DNA of 60,403 nt from a bacterium (GCA_031441465.1 JANOEP010000036.1:1-60403); one strand, 5' to 3'; counted from the first letter of the stretch, positions 1 through 10,039 are shown. A program made the numbers and translations. Notes: generated by a model not told the origin, from the letters alone.

Positions 1-484
1 GATCGTCGGGCGTCGCGGCGAGGCGGGCCTGCAGGTCGGCCAGCGTGTTGCGGCCGGCGGCGTAGTCGACAACCGCCGCGAGGAACTCCGCAGCGGGGCG
101 GAAGCCCAGGAAGCGGTCGATTTCCGCGCCGTCGGGTTTGCATACGACCATCGTGGGCATCGCCTTGACGCCGAACTGCTTGGCGAGCGGCTTGAACTCT
201 TCCCGGTCGACGTCGACCTTGTAGGTGACGAGTTTGCTCAGCTCCGCGATGACCTCGGGCTGGTTGTAGACCTGGGCGTCGAGCATCTTGCAGGGCCCGC
301 ACCAGGTGGCGTAGAAGTCGATAAAGATCGGCTTGCCGGCGGCGGTCGCCTCGGCGACGACTTCGGTCCAGGGCCGGCCCTCGCGCCAGTCGAGCGGTGT
401 CCCGGGCGCCGCCGCGGGCGCGTCGGCGAAGGCGAGGGAGGCCAGGGCCGAGACGGCCAGGCCGGCGAGGGCGAGCGTACGCAT
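1..484 (-). CDS. Exported thioredoxin-family protein (runs off the window start)
   Basis: Manual translation from ATG 484: MRTLALAGLAVSALASLAFA...KPIFIDFYATWCGPCKMLD. It has a WCGPC active site, a signal peptide and a GAGGAG RBS. Confidence 0.85.
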   Translation of the reverse strand, partial: MRTLALAGLAVSALASLAFADAPAAAPGTPLDWREGRPWTEVVAEATAAGKPIFIDFYATWCGPCKMLDAQVYNQPEVIAELSKLVTYKVDVDREEFKPLAKQFGVKAMPTMVVCKPDGAEIDRFLGFRPAAEFLAAVVDYAAGRNTLADLQARLAATPDD

Positions 485-493
485 GGTTCTCCT

Positions 494-1981
494 CTACAGA
501 GCGGTGAAGTGCTGGATGGCCCGGTCGGCCAGGGCCTTGAAGCCGCCCCAATACAACCCCAGGAGCAGGGTCGGCGCGGCCAGCAGGACCATCGTGACGT
601 AGTGCAGGGGAGCGATCGGCACCGCGGGCGCGTCGGCGGGCGCCTTGGTGAAGTACATCGTGCGCGCGATCTTCATGTAGTAGAAGAGGCTCACCACGCT
701 GTTGAGCACGCCCACGATCGCCAGCCAGTACCAGCCCTCGTGCATGACCGCGGCGAAGAGGTAGAACTTCCCGATGAAGCCGGCGGTCGGCGGCAGGCCG
801 GTCAGCGAGAACAGGAACACGGTCATCATCGCGGCCGCCCAGGGCGAGCGGAAGCCCAGGCCGGCGTAGTCGTCGAGGTGCTCGCTCTTGAGCGAGTTGT
901 TGATGGCGACCACGAACAGGAAGGCGCCCAGGTTCATCAGCGCGTAGACGAGCAGGTAGAAGAGGATCGCCTGCAGGCCTTCCGCGGTCAGCATCAGGAA
1001 GCCCATCAGCAGGTAGCCCGCGTGGGCGATGCTGGAGTAGGCCAGCAGGCGCTTCACGTTGACCTGGCGCACGGCGACCAGGTTGGCGTAGGTCATCGTC
1101 GCGACCGACAGCACGGCGATCAGCAGGCGCCAGTCGACCCGGTCGATTGCCGGCTGCATGACGGTGTAGAAGAAGCGGACCATCAGGGCGAATCCGGCCG
1201 CCTTGGGGCCCACCGAGAAGAAGGCGGCGACCGGCGTGGGCGCGCCCTCGTAGACGTCGGGCGCCCAGAAGTGGAAGGGCACCATCGCGATCTTATAGCC
1301 CAGGCCCGCCAGCAGCAGCACGCAGATCGTCAGCAGGGACAGCGGGTCGCCGGCGCCGGCGGCCAGGGCGTCGCGGATGCCGAGGTAGGACAGCGAACCG
1401 GTCAGGCCGTACAGCAGCGACAGGCCGTAGAGCATGATGCCGGAGCTGACCGCCCCGAAGATCACGTACTTCAGCGAGGCCTCGGTCGCGCGCAGGCTGT
1501 TGCGCATGTAGCCGGCCATCACGTAGCTGCTCAGCGAGACCAGTTCCAGCGACAGGTAGAGCATCAGCAGGTCGCGGGCTTCGGCCATGACCATCATGCC
1601 GCCGGTCATCAGCGCGATCAGGGCGTAGTACTCGCCCTTGCTCTCGCGGGACCGGCCCATGATCTCTTCGCTCGCCCACGAGATCATCATCGTCACCACG
1701 GCGACCAGGGCGAACAGGAGGCGGAAGAAGGCCGCCATCCCGTCCACGGCCACCAGGCCGCCGAGGATCGTGCGCTCGGGCGCGTCCAGCCCGACGAACG
1801 CGAGCACCAGCGCCGTCAGGGCGCCGACCAGCGCGATGGCGAAGGGCACCACCGGCCGCTTCCGGGCGACCAGGTCGCCCAGCAACGCCAGCAGGAAGGC
1901 GCCGAACAGCACGACCTCGGGCAGGAAGCCGCCCAGGTCCGACCAGTCCGGGATCTGCAGCATGTCCATGCTCACGGGCAT
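494..1981 (-). CDS. nuoN: NADH-quinone oxidoreductase subunit N
   Basis: Hydrophobic antiporter-like subunit with EASLKY, PFHFWAPDVYEGAP and KRLLAYSSIAHAGY. Start may be GTG 1975. Confidence 0.95.
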   Translation of the reverse strand: MPVSMDMLQIPDWSDLGGFLPEVVLFGAFLLALLGDLVARKRPVVPFAIALVGALTALVLAFVGLDAPERTILGGLVAVDGMAAFFRLLFALVAVVTMMISWASEEIMGRSRESKGEYYALIALMTGGMMVMAEARDLLMLYLSLELVSLSSYVMAGYMRNSLRATEASLKYVIFGAVSSGIMLYGLSLLYGLTGSLSYLGIRDALAAGAGDPLSLLTICVLLLAGLGYKIAMVPFHFWAPDVYEGAPTPVAAFFSVGPKAAGFALMVRFFYTVMQPAIDRVDWRLLIAVLSVATMTYANLVAVRQVNVKRLLAYSSIAHAGYLLMGFLMLTAEGLQAILFYLLVYALMNLGAFLFVVAINNSLKSEHLDDYAGLGFRSPWAAAMMTVFLFSLTGLPPTAGFIGKFYLFAAVMHEGWYWLAIVGVLNSVVSLFYYMKIARTMYFTKAPADAPAVPIAPLHYVTMVLLAAPTLLLGLYWGGFKALADRAIQHFTAL

Positions 1982-2000
1982 CTCCCCGTCGCGGCCGCGG

Positions 2001-3497
2001 CTAGCCGGCCACGACCTTGATCAGATGGTTCAGCGACACCTTCATCAGGTCGAGCACGGGCATCGGGTAGACGCCCAGGACCAGCACGATGATGCCGATG
2101 GGCACCAGGGTGAACAGCTCGCGGGCGCTGATCTCGGGCAGCGAGTCGTACTTCGCGTTCTTCTCGCCCAGGAACACGCGCTGCAGCATCCACAGCACGT
2201 AGGCGGCGCCCACGACGATGCCCAGGGCGCTGACGATGGTGATCGTGCGGTGCGTCGGGAAGGCGCCGATGAAGACCATCGCCTCGCTGACGAAGCCGCT
2301 CAGCCCGGGCAGGCCCACCGCCGCGAACAGCGCGAACGAGAACACCGAGGTGTAGACGGGAAGCTGCAGGCCCAGGCCGCCGAAGCCGTTGATGTCGCGG
2401 TGGTGGGCGCGGTCGTAGATCACGCCCACGCAGAGGAACATCATGGCCGTGATCGTGCCGTGGTTGAACATCTGCAGCACGGCGCCGTTGATGCCGGCCT
2501 CGTTCATCGCCGACATGCCCAGCAGCACGTAGCCCATGTGGCTGACCGAGGAGTAGGCCACGAGCTTCTTCATGTCCGTCTGCGCCATGGCGCAGAAGGC
2601 GCCGTAGAGGATGTTGATCGCGCCCAGGATCGCCATCGGCACCATGAAGCCGACGGCCTGGTCGGGCAGCATCGGGTAGCTGATGCGCAGCAGGCCGTAG
2701 GTGCCCATCTTCAGCAGCACGCCGGCCAGGATGACCGAGACGGCCGTGGGCGCCTCGACGTGGGCGTCGGGCAACCAGGTGTGGAACGGGAACACGGGCA
2801 CCTTGATGGCGAAGCCGATGAACAGGCCCATCCAGATCACGAAGCGGACGTTGCTCAGGGCGAGGATGCCGCCGTGGTTGGCCTGGTCCATCATGTGCAG
2901 CATGTTGAAGGTGTGGCCGCCGGTGACCGGGTCCTTCACGTTGTAGTAGAAGGCGATCATCGCCAGCAGCATCAGCACCGAGCCGGCCAGCGTGTACAGG
3001 AAGAACTTGATGGCGGCGTACTCCTTGCGCGGGCCGCCCCAGATGCCGATCAGGAAGTACATCGGCAGCAGCATCACTTCCCAGAACACGTAGAACAGGA
3101 AGAAGTCCAGCGAGCAAAACACGCCCATCATCCCGGCCTCGAGCAGCAGGAAGAGGCTGAAGTAGCCCTTGACCGCCTTATCGATGCGCCAGGAGGCGAT
3201 GATGCACAGGAACGACAGCAGGGCCGTCAGCAGCACCATCGGCACGCTCAGGCCGTCGACGCCCAGGAAGTACTCGATGTTGAAGCTCTTGATCCAGGTG
3301 TAGTGCTCCGTGAACTGCATGTTCGCCGTGGTGCGGTCGAACTGCAGGAAGAGCTGCACCGCCAGCAGCAGCGGCACGGCGGTCGCGGCGGCGGCGATCC
3401 ACTTGGTGAGGTCCTTGTACCGGCCGGGCAGGCCGGTGATCACCGCCGCGCCGACGACCGGCGCGAAGGTCATCCAGGACAGGAGATGGTCAGCCAT
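2001..3497 (-). CDS. nuoM: NADH-quinone oxidoreductase subunit M
   Basis: FYVFWEVMLLPMY, PFHTWLPDAHVEAPT and KKLVAYSSVSHMG motifs. Confidence 0.95.
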   Translation of the reverse strand: MADHLLSWMTFAPVVGAAVITGLPGRYKDLTKWIAAAATAVPLLLAVQLFLQFDRTTANMQFTEHYTWIKSFNIEYFLGVDGLSVPMVLLTALLSFLCIIASWRIDKAVKGYFSLFLLLEAGMMGVFCSLDFFLFYVFWEVMLLPMYFLIGIWGGPRKEYAAIKFFLYTLAGSVLMLLAMIAFYYNVKDPVTGGHTFNMLHMMDQANHGGILALSNVRFVIWMGLFIGFAIKVPVFPFHTWLPDAHVEAPTAVSVILAGVLLKMGTYGLLRISYPMLPDQAVGFMVPMAILGAINILYGAFCAMAQTDMKKLVAYSSVSHMGYVLLGMSAMNEAGINGAVLQMFNHGTITAMMFLCVGVIYDRAHHRDINGFGGLGLQLPVYTSVFSFALFAAVGLPGLSGFVSEAMVFIGAFPTHRTITIVSALGIVVGAAYVLWMLQRVFLGEKNAKYDSLPEISARELFTLVPIGIIVLVLGVYPMPVLDLMKVSLNHLIKVVAG

Positions 3498-3524
3498 CGA
3501 GACGCTCCTCTCGGGGTAGCACCG

Positions 3525-5684
3525 CTACAGGGCGCGGAAAACGAACACGAGCAAGAGGACGGAGAAGCAGACGTACGCCAGGTACGACTGCACCCGCCCG
3601 GTCTGGACGCGCCGGAAGCCCTCGCCGGCTCCCTGGACGACCACGCCCACACCGTTGACCAGACCGTCCACGACGTACCTGTCCGCGAGGCCGGCGAACC
3701 AGCTCAGCGAGCGGGTCAGGTACCCCATGCCGTTGACGATGCCGTCGATCACCACGCGGTCGAAGGCGCCGTTGAGCCAGCTGAACCACAGCGTGAAGCG
3801 GTAGATCGTCGCCGCGTAGAACTCGTCGAAGAAGTACATGTTCTGCAGGACGTGGTGCACGCGCGGCAGCCGCGCCAGGACCGACGGCGCGCTGATGCGC
3901 CCGCGGATGTAGGTCAGCCACGAAACCAGGATCCCCAGGCCGGCGACCAGGATCGACAGGATCATGGCCGTGATGTGGGCCGTGTGGCGGACGTGGGTGT
4001 CGTGGGCATCGCCGTGGGCTGACGCTTCGCCGTGCGCGGGCGCCTCGCCGTGCGCGGGCGCCTCGTGCGTCGCTGCCGCGTGCGCGGGCTCGCCGTGCGG
4101 CTCCTGCGGCAGGACGGATTCGCCGTGCGCGGCGGCCGGGACCGCGTGAACCTCGCCGGCGTGCGCCGCACCGGACGCCTGCTCCACGATCCGCTCCATG
4201 TCGTACGGCGCGACGAAGCGCGAGAACCAGCCTTCCGACGGGCCGCGCCAGCCCGAGGAGACCACGGCCAGGACCGCGAGGGTCACCAGGGGCACCGTCA
4301 TCGTCCAGGGGGACTCGTGGGCGTGGTGGTGGCGCTCCTCGTCGCGGGGCTTGCCCATGAAGGTCAGGAACACCATGCGGAACATGTAGAAGGCCGTGAG
4401 CCCGGCCGCGATCAGGGCCAGCAGGAAGGGCACGTAGTGCGACTTCGTCATGCCGAAGGCCAGGGCGCCGGCCAGGATGGCGTCCTTGGAGTAGAAGCCC
4501 GAGAAGAACGGCACGCCCGAGATCGCCAGCGTCGCGATCAGGAAAGTCCAGAAGGTGATCGGCATCTTGTGGCGCAGGCCGCCCATCAGGGGCATCTCCT
4601 GCGTGTGGACGGCGTGGATCACCGAGCCGGAGCCGAGGAAGAGCAGGGCCGGGAAGAAGGCGTGCGTCCAGAGGTGGAACATGCCGGCCGACGCGGCGCC
4701 CACGCCCATCGCCATCACCATGTACCCGAGCTGGCTGATGGTGGAGTAGGCCAGGGACTTCTTGATGTCGGTCTTGACCACGGCGATGGTCGCGCCCAGG
4801 AAGGCCGTGATCGCGCCCACGTAGGCCACCACCAGCAGGGAGCCGGGATCGAACAGCGGCAGCAGGCGGGCGACCATGTAGACGCCGGCGGCGACCATCG
4901 TCGCGGCGTGGATCAGGGCGCTGACCGGGGTGGGGCCCTCCATGGCGTCGGGCAGCCAGATGTGCAGCGGGGCCTGCGCCGACTTGCCGACGCAGCCCAT
5001 GAACAGGCCGACGCCCGCCAGCGTCAGCAGGCCGCCCGACAGCGGGCTCAGGTGCGCGGCGGCGAACAGCTCGAAGTAGTTGAAGGTCCCGTAGGCCGTG
5101 AAGAAGATCAGGATGCCCGTGAAGAAGCCGAAGTCGCCGACGCGGTTGGTCAGGAACGCCTTCTTGTTGGCGGCGGCGGCGGACGGCTTGTCGAAGTAGA
5201 AGCCGATCAGCAGGTAGCTCGCCAGGCCCACCAGTTCCCAGAACACGTACAGGAACAGCAGGCTGTTGCTGAGCACGATGCCCAGCATCGAGAAGGTGAA
5301 GAAGCCCAGGAACGCGAAGAAGCGCTCGTAGCGCCGGTCCCCGTGCATGTAGCCGACCGAGAACAGGTGGACCAGGAGGCTGACGGTGGTCACGACCACC
5401 AGCATGATCGCGGTCATGCCGTCGACCAGGATGCCGGCGTCGGCGGTGAAGCGGCCCAGGTCGAGCCAGCGCACGCCGCCCTCGATCCGCAGGCCGGGAT
5501 CACCGACGGCCCAGAAGTGGGCGAAGATGCGCACGGCCAGCAGCCAGGTGACGCCGAGCAGCGACACCCCCAGCCAGTCGCCCTGCCGCGGCAGCTTCTT
5601 CCCGAAGAAGAAGAGGACCGCGTAGGACAGCAGCGGCAGCAGCAGGATGGCCAGCGCCGTCAACAGGATGGCATGTTCGCTCAT
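3525..5684 (-). CDS. nuoL: NADH-quinone oxidoreductase subunit L
   Basis: GKSAQAPLHIWLPDAMEGPTPVSALIHAATMV, LAYSTISQLGYM, SKDAIL and a C-terminal QTGRVQSY. Confidence 0.95.
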   Translation of the reverse strand: MSEHAILLTALAILLLPLLSYAVLFFFGKKLPRQGDWLGVSLLGVTWLLAVRIFAHFWAVGDPGLRIEGGVRWLDLGRFTADAGILVDGMTAIMLVVVTTVSLLVHLFSVGYMHGDRRYERFFAFLGFFTFSMLGIVLSNSLLFLYVFWELVGLASYLLIGFYFDKPSAAAANKKAFLTNRVGDFGFFTGILIFFTAYGTFNYFELFAAAHLSPLSGGLLTLAGVGLFMGCVGKSAQAPLHIWLPDAMEGPTPVSALIHAATMVAAGVYMVARLLPLFDPGSLLVVAYVGAITAFLGATIAVVKTDIKKSLAYSTISQLGYMVMAMGVGAASAGMFHLWTHAFFPALLFLGSGSVIHAVHTQEMPLMGGLRHKMPITFWTFLIATLAISGVPFFSGFYSKDAILAGALAFGMTKSHYVPFLLALIAAGLTAFYMFRMVFLTFMGKPRDEERHHHAHESPWTMTVPLVTLAVLAVVSSGWRGPSEGWFSRFVAPYDMERIVEQASGAAHAGEVHAVPAAAHGESVLPQEPHGEPAHAAATHEAPAHGEAPAHGEASAHGDAHDTHVRHTAHITAMILSILVAGLGILVSWLTYIRGRISAPSVLARLPRVHHVLQNMYFFDEFYAATIYRFTLWFSWLNGAFDRVVIDGIVNGMGYLTRSLSWFAGLADRYVVDGLVNGVGVVVQGAGEGFRRVQTGRVQSYLAYVCFSVLLLVFVFRAL
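4003..4070 (-). repeat. Imperfect 18-bp coding tandem repeat (HGEAPA-type) in the NuoL loop
   Basis: Repeated gccgtgcgcgggcgcctc; protein reads HEAPAHGEAPAHGEASAHGDAHDTH. Confidence 0.7.
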
Positions 5685-5699
5685 CGCGATGCTTCTCCC

Positions 5700-6008
5700 T
5701 TATCGCTTCAGCCGGTTGACGGTGTCCACGTTGACCGTCCCGAAGTTGCGGAACATGGCCAGCACGATCGCCAGGGCCACGGCGGCCTCGGCCGCCGCCA
5801 GCACGATGACGAAGGCGGCCACGATGTGCCCGTCGACGCCGCCGTCGACGTAGCGGGCGAAGGCCACGAAGTTCAGGTTGGCGGCGTTGAGGATCAGTTC
5901 CACGCCCATCAGCAGGGCGACGGCGTTGCGGCGCGTCAGCACCGCGTAGAGGCCGAGCCCGAAGAGCAGGGCGCTCACGGTCAGGTAGTGCTCCAGGCCG
6001 ACGGTCAT
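5700..6008 (-). CDS. nuoK: NADH-quinone oxidoreductase subunit K
   Basis: 102 aa, RRNAVALLMGVELILNAANLN and AAAEAAVALAI. Confidence 0.95.
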   Translation of the reverse strand: MTVGLEHYLTVSALLFGLGLYAVLTRRNAVALLMGVELILNAANLNFVAFARYVDGGVDGHIVAAFVIVLAAAEAAVALAIVLAMFRNFGTVNVDTVNRLKR

Positions 6009-6553
6009 GACCGCATCCCCCCATTCCCTGCCGCATCGTCGGCGCCGTCCGTGTCGTCCTCCGGCGCGCGCTCGCGGATCAGGACGGCCGCCCCGACCAT
6101 GGCCGCCAGCAGCACCAGCGAGACGTACTCGAAGGGGAAGACGAAGCGCGTCATCAGGCTCGTGCCGATCTCGGCCACGGTCGCTTCCGGCGCGCCGGTC
6201 TCCCGCACGGGCCAGCGGGTGCCCACGATCACCATGTAGACCAGGGCGAAGGACAGCAGGGCGAGGATCGCCGCGGGCACGGCCCGGTCCAGGCCGCGGC
6301 GCGGCGCGTCGCTGCGCGGGATGCGCGTCATCATCACCGCGAAGATCACCAGCACCAGGATGCCGCCGATGTAGACGACGGTCTGGGTCACGGCCAGGAA
6401 GTCCGCCCCCAGCTGGGCGTAGAGCCCGGCCACCCCGAACAGGGTGAACAGCAGGCTGAAGGCCGCGTGCACGACGTTGCGGCTGGCCACGACGAAGAAG
6501 CCGGACAGCACCGTCAGCAGCGCGAAACCGTAGAAGACGAGGTCTCCGCTCAC
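6005..6553 (-). CDS. nuoJ: NADH-quinone oxidoreductase subunit J
   Basis: GTG start at 6553 overlaps the nuoI stop; motifs ADFLAVTQTVVYIGGILVL and PFEYVSLVLLAAMVGA. Confidence 0.9.
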   Translation of the reverse strand: MSGDLVFYGFALLTVLSGFFVVASRNVVHAAFSLLFTLFGVAGLYAQLGADFLAVTQTVVYIGGILVLVIFAVMMTRIPRSDAPRRGLDRAVPAAILALLSFALVYMVIVGTRWPVRETGAPEATVAEIGTSLMTRFVFPFEYVSLVLLAAMVGAAVLIRERAPEDDTDGADDAAGNGGMRS

Positions 6554-7110
6554 GCTCCCCCTCCTTCCGCGCCGCCGGGCGCCGTCTCCGGCAGATCCGC
6601 CCGCCGGGGCGCCTTGGCGATCCGGTCGGGGTCCGGCGGCGCCGCCGCGACCTGTTCCACGAAGTAGCCCATCTGCTGGCGGCGCTCCTTGTGGCAGGGC
6701 ACCGGCCGCGCTGGGTCGACGAACTCGTAGACCAGGCGCCGGCGGTCGTACAGCGCGTGGTCGTAGTCGAGGCTGTGCTGGCAGGCGAAGGTCGGGCACT
6801 CCTCGGTGCAGAGGCCGCACCAGATGCACTTGTTGTAGTCCACCGCGTAGCGGTGCATGAAGCGGTCCTTGCCCTTGCCCATGGTCTCGATGTAGATGCA
6901 GTCCACGGGGCAGACCTTGGCGCAGCGCAGGCAGCCGTCGCAGAGGTTCACGTCGTTGATGATGAAGCCCTTGAACCGCGCGGGCAGCACCCAGCGTTCG
7001 TCGGGGAACTGCAGCGTGACGGGCTTGCGCACCACGTGCTTGCCGGTGATCCTCATGCCCTTCAGGGCGGAGGTCACCGCTTCGTAGATATCGCGCAGAT
7101 ACTGGGTCAT
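6550..7110 (-). CDS. nuoI: NADH-quinone oxidoreductase subunit I (2x[4Fe-4S])
   Basis: From ATG 7110 (MTQYLRDIY); CDGCLRCAKVCP and CIWCGLCTEECP ferredoxin motifs. Confidence 0.92.
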   Translation of the reverse strand: MTQYLRDIYEAVTSALKGMRITGKHVVRKPVTLQFPDERWVLPARFKGFIINDVNLCDGCLRCAKVCPVDCIYIETMGKGKDRFMHRYAVDYNKCIWCGLCTEECPTFACQHSLDYDHALYDRRRLVYEFVDPARPVPCHKERRQQMGYFVEQVAAAPPDPDRIAKAPRRADLPETAPGGAEGGGA

Positions 7111-7133
7111 GTTCCGCTCCGGTGACGCGACGG

Positions 7134-8183
7134 TCAGCCCGTCTGGCCCGTCGCCAACATCCAGATGCCGGCGCCCAGGACGCAGATCAGCGCCAGGGGC
7201 ACCATCACCTTCCAGCACACGTGCATCAGCTGGTCCACGCGCAGGCGGGGCAGCGTCCAGCGCAGCCACATCTGCAGCAGCACCAGCAGCACCGCCTTGA
7301 TCACGAACACCAGGCCCGGCAGGAACACCGGCCCGAAGAGCGGCTGCCAGCCGCCCAGGAACACCGCCGTGGCGACGCAGGAAACCAGGAACAGGTTCGC
7401 GTACTCGGCCAGGAAGAAGAACGCGAAGCGCATGCCGGTGTACTCGGTGTGGTAGCCGGCCACCAGTTCCGACTCGGTCTCCGGCATATCGAAGGGCCCG
7501 CGGTTCACCTCGGCGATCGAGGCCACGAAGTACAGCAGGAACGCCACGAACAGGAAGGGATCGTGCAGGAAGTGCCAGTGCCAGATCCCGCCCTGCTGGG
7601 CGATCACGATGTCGTTCATGTTCAGCGAACCGGTGATCATCACCACCGGGATGCAGGCCAGGGTCAGCGGGATCTCGTAGCTGACGGCCTGCGCGGCGCC
7701 GCGGGCGGCGCCGTAGAGGGACCACTTGTTGTTCGAGGCCCAGCCGGCCATCAGGATGCCGATGGTGGCGGCGCTGCTGACCGCGAAGATGTAGAACAGG
7801 CCCAGGTCCAGGTCGGCGGCGATGAAGCCGGGCGCGAAGGGGATCGCGGCCCAGGCCATCAGCGAGCCGATGAAGATCACGAACGGCGCCAACAGGAACA
7901 GCGGCTTGTCGGCGTCCTGCGGGACGATGTCCTCCTTGCCGAGGATCTTCACCATGTCCGCCACCGGCTGCAGCACGCCGTGCCAGCGGCCGACGCGCAT
8001 GGGGCCGTAGCGGCTCTGGATGAAGCCGGCCACCTTGCGCTCCGCCCAGGTGAAGACGATCGCGCACAGGGCCATCACCAGCGCCATGATCAGCGCCATG
8101 GTCAGCCCGCCGGCGACCAGCAGCCCGACCGGCGAGAGCCCGTCGCCGAAGATCCGCGCAAAGAGGTCCGTCATCACTTGCAT
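7134..8183 (-). CDS. nuoH: NADH-quinone oxidoreductase subunit H
   Basis: ERKVAGFIQSRYGP, NRGPFDMPETESELVAGYHTEY and PRLRVDQL. Confidence 0.95.
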   Translation of the reverse strand: MQVMTDLFARIFGDGLSPVGLLVAGGLTMALIMALVMALCAIVFTWAERKVAGFIQSRYGPMRVGRWHGVLQPVADMVKILGKEDIVPQDADKPLFLLAPFVIFIGSLMAWAAIPFAPGFIAADLDLGLFYIFAVSSAATIGILMAGWASNNKWSLYGAARGAAQAVSYEIPLTLACIPVVMITGSLNMNDIVIAQQGGIWHWHFLHDPFLFVAFLLYFVASIAEVNRGPFDMPETESELVAGYHTEYTGMRFAFFFLAEYANLFLVSCVATAVFLGGWQPLFGPVFLPGLVFVIKAVLLVLLQMWLRWTLPRLRVDQLMHVCWKVMVPLALICVLGAGIWMLATGQTG

Positions 8184-8187
8184 GGCG

Positions 8188-9354
8188 TCACCTGTCGATC
8201 TCCCCGAGGACGATGTCCAGCGACCCGATCGTCGCCACCAGGTCGGAGAGCATCATGCCCGGCCCGACCTTCTCGATCACGTGGAGGTTCGAGAACGACG
8301 GCGAGCGCACCTTCGTGCGGAACGGCTTGCTGCCGCCGTCGGCGAAGATGTGGTACCCGATCTCGCCCTTGCTGCTCTCGGTGCGCGTGTAGAGCGAGCC
8401 CTGGGGCACCTTGACGAGCTTCTTGAGTTCCTCCGCCTTGACCGGACCGCCGGGCAGCGCGTCGACCGCCTGGCGGATGATGCGGCACGATTCGTACATC
8501 TCGCGCATGCGCACCATGTACCGGTCCCAGCAGTCGCCGACGGTGCCCTGCTCGCCCTCCCCGTAGGGGATGTCGAACTCGAAGCGGTCGTAGATGGAGT
8601 AGGGGTCGTCCTTGCGGCAGTCGAAGGGGACGCCCGCGCCGCGCAGCACCGGCCCGGTGCAGCCGTAGGCGTGGCAGGTCGCCACGTCGATGACGCCCAC
8701 GTCGGCGGTGCGCTCGATGAAGATCTTGTTGTACGACAGCAGGGTGTCGTACTCGGGGATCTTCTGCTCCATGATGTTGACGAAGTCCAGGACGTCCCGC
8801 TCGAACCCCTCGTAGGCGTCGTAGCGCAGCCCGCCGATGTCGAAGTAGTTGTAGAGCATGCGGCCGCCGCTGATGCGCTCGAGGATGTTCAGGATCTCCT
8901 CGCGCTCGCGGAAGCAGTACAGCAGCGGCGTCCAGGCGCCCATGTCCAGGCCGAAGGTGCCGATGGCGATCAGGTGGCTGGCGATGCGCTGCAGTTCGGC
9001 GCAGATGACGCGGATGTGCTCGGCCCGCTCGGGGACCTTGACCCCCAGCATCCGCTCGACCGCCACCGCGTAGCCGAAGTTCATGTTGATCGGCGCCAGG
9101 TAGTCGAAACGGTCGGTGTAGACCATCCACTGCCGCCAGTCGCAGCCCTCGGCGATCTTCTCGGCGCAGCGGTGCAGGTAGCCGATGTGGGCGGTGACCC
9201 CTTGGACGATCTCGCCGTCGGTATGCACCAGCAGCCGCAGCACGCCGTGGGTGGCCGGGTGCTGCGGGCCCATGTTGATCTCGAGCAGCTCGGAGTGCAG
9301 CTCCCGCCGCACGTCCTGCGCGCCCCAGCCGCGGCCGGTCGCCGTCTCGCTCAT
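8188..9354 (-). CDS. nuoD: NADH-quinone oxidoreductase subunit D
   Basis: NMGPQHPATHGVLRL, GYLHR, DRFDY and C-terminal GEIDR. No Ni-binding CxxC. Alternative GTG start at 9360. Confidence 0.95.
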   Translation of the reverse strand: MSETATGRGWGAQDVRRELHSELLEINMGPQHPATHGVLRLLVHTDGEIVQGVTAHIGYLHRCAEKIAEGCDWRQWMVYTDRFDYLAPINMNFGYAVAVERMLGVKVPERAEHIRVICAELQRIASHLIAIGTFGLDMGAWTPLLYCFREREEILNILERISGGRMLYNYFDIGGLRYDAYEGFERDVLDFVNIMEQKIPEYDTLLSYNKIFIERTADVGVIDVATCHAYGCTGPVLRGAGVPFDCRKDDPYSIYDRFEFDIPYGEGEQGTVGDCWDRYMVRMREMYESCRIIRQAVDALPGGPVKAEELKKLVKVPQGSLYTRTESSKGEIGYHIFADGGSKPFRTKVRSPSFSNLHVIEKVGPGMMLSDLVATIGSLDIVLGEIDR

Positions 9355-9360
9355 GCCCAC

Positions 9361-10023
9361 CTACCCTTGGTTCCCGTTTCCGGGCTGCTGCGGATCATCG
9401 GGCTTCTTGACGTCGTCGGGCAGCGTCACGCCCGCCTCATCCCACTTGCAGGCCGCGTAGTCGCGGCCGTCCAGGGGCACGCCCTGCCAGCTGCCGGGCA
9501 TCACGTAGTCCTTGCGCAGCGGGTGGCCCACCCATTCCTCGTCCAGCAGGATGCGCTTCAGGTCGGGGTGGCCCGCGAAGCGGATCCCGACGAGGTCCCA
9601 CGCCTCGCGCTCGTGCCAGGCGGCCGTCGCCCACACCGCGGCCACCGACGCCACCTGGGGCGCGGCGCGGGGCACGCGCACGAAGAGCGTGTGCTTGTGG
9701 CCGTGGCGGTGGGAGTACAGGGCGTAGGCCACGCCCAGGTCGCCGTCGCCGACGCGGTCGGAGGCCTCGGGCCGGCCCAGCTCGTCGTAGCCCAGGATGT
9801 CGACGCTCTTGCCCTTGCCCGCGGTGTCGTAGCCGTCCCAGTCCAGGCCGGCCAGGCTCATCAGGGACTCGAAACCGAGCGCGGCGTCGTCCCGCAGGAA
9901 CGCCGCGATCTCGCCGACGCGGCCGGCCGCGACCAGCGAGCCCTTCTCGAAGCTGTCCACGTAGTCCAGCACGGCGTCGCCGAACCGGCTCTGCAGCAGC
10001 GCGTGGATGGCCGTCGCTTCCAT
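9361..10023 (-). CDS. nuoC: NADH-quinone oxidoreductase subunit C
   Basis: WHEREAWDLVGIRFAGHPDLKRILL...GHPLRKDY. Confidence 0.93.
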   Translation of the reverse strand: MEATAIHALLQSRFGDAVLDYVDSFEKGSLVAAGRVGEIAAFLRDDAALGFESLMSLAGLDWDGYDTAGKGKSVDILGYDELGRPEASDRVGDGDLGVAYALYSHRHGHKHTLFVRVPRAAPQVASVAAVWATAAWHEREAWDLVGIRFAGHPDLKRILLDEEWVGHPLRKDYVMPGSWQGVPLDGRDYAACKWDEAGVTLPDDVKKPDDPQQPGNGNQG

Positions 10024-10039
10024 GGTCGTCCCGTCCCGT

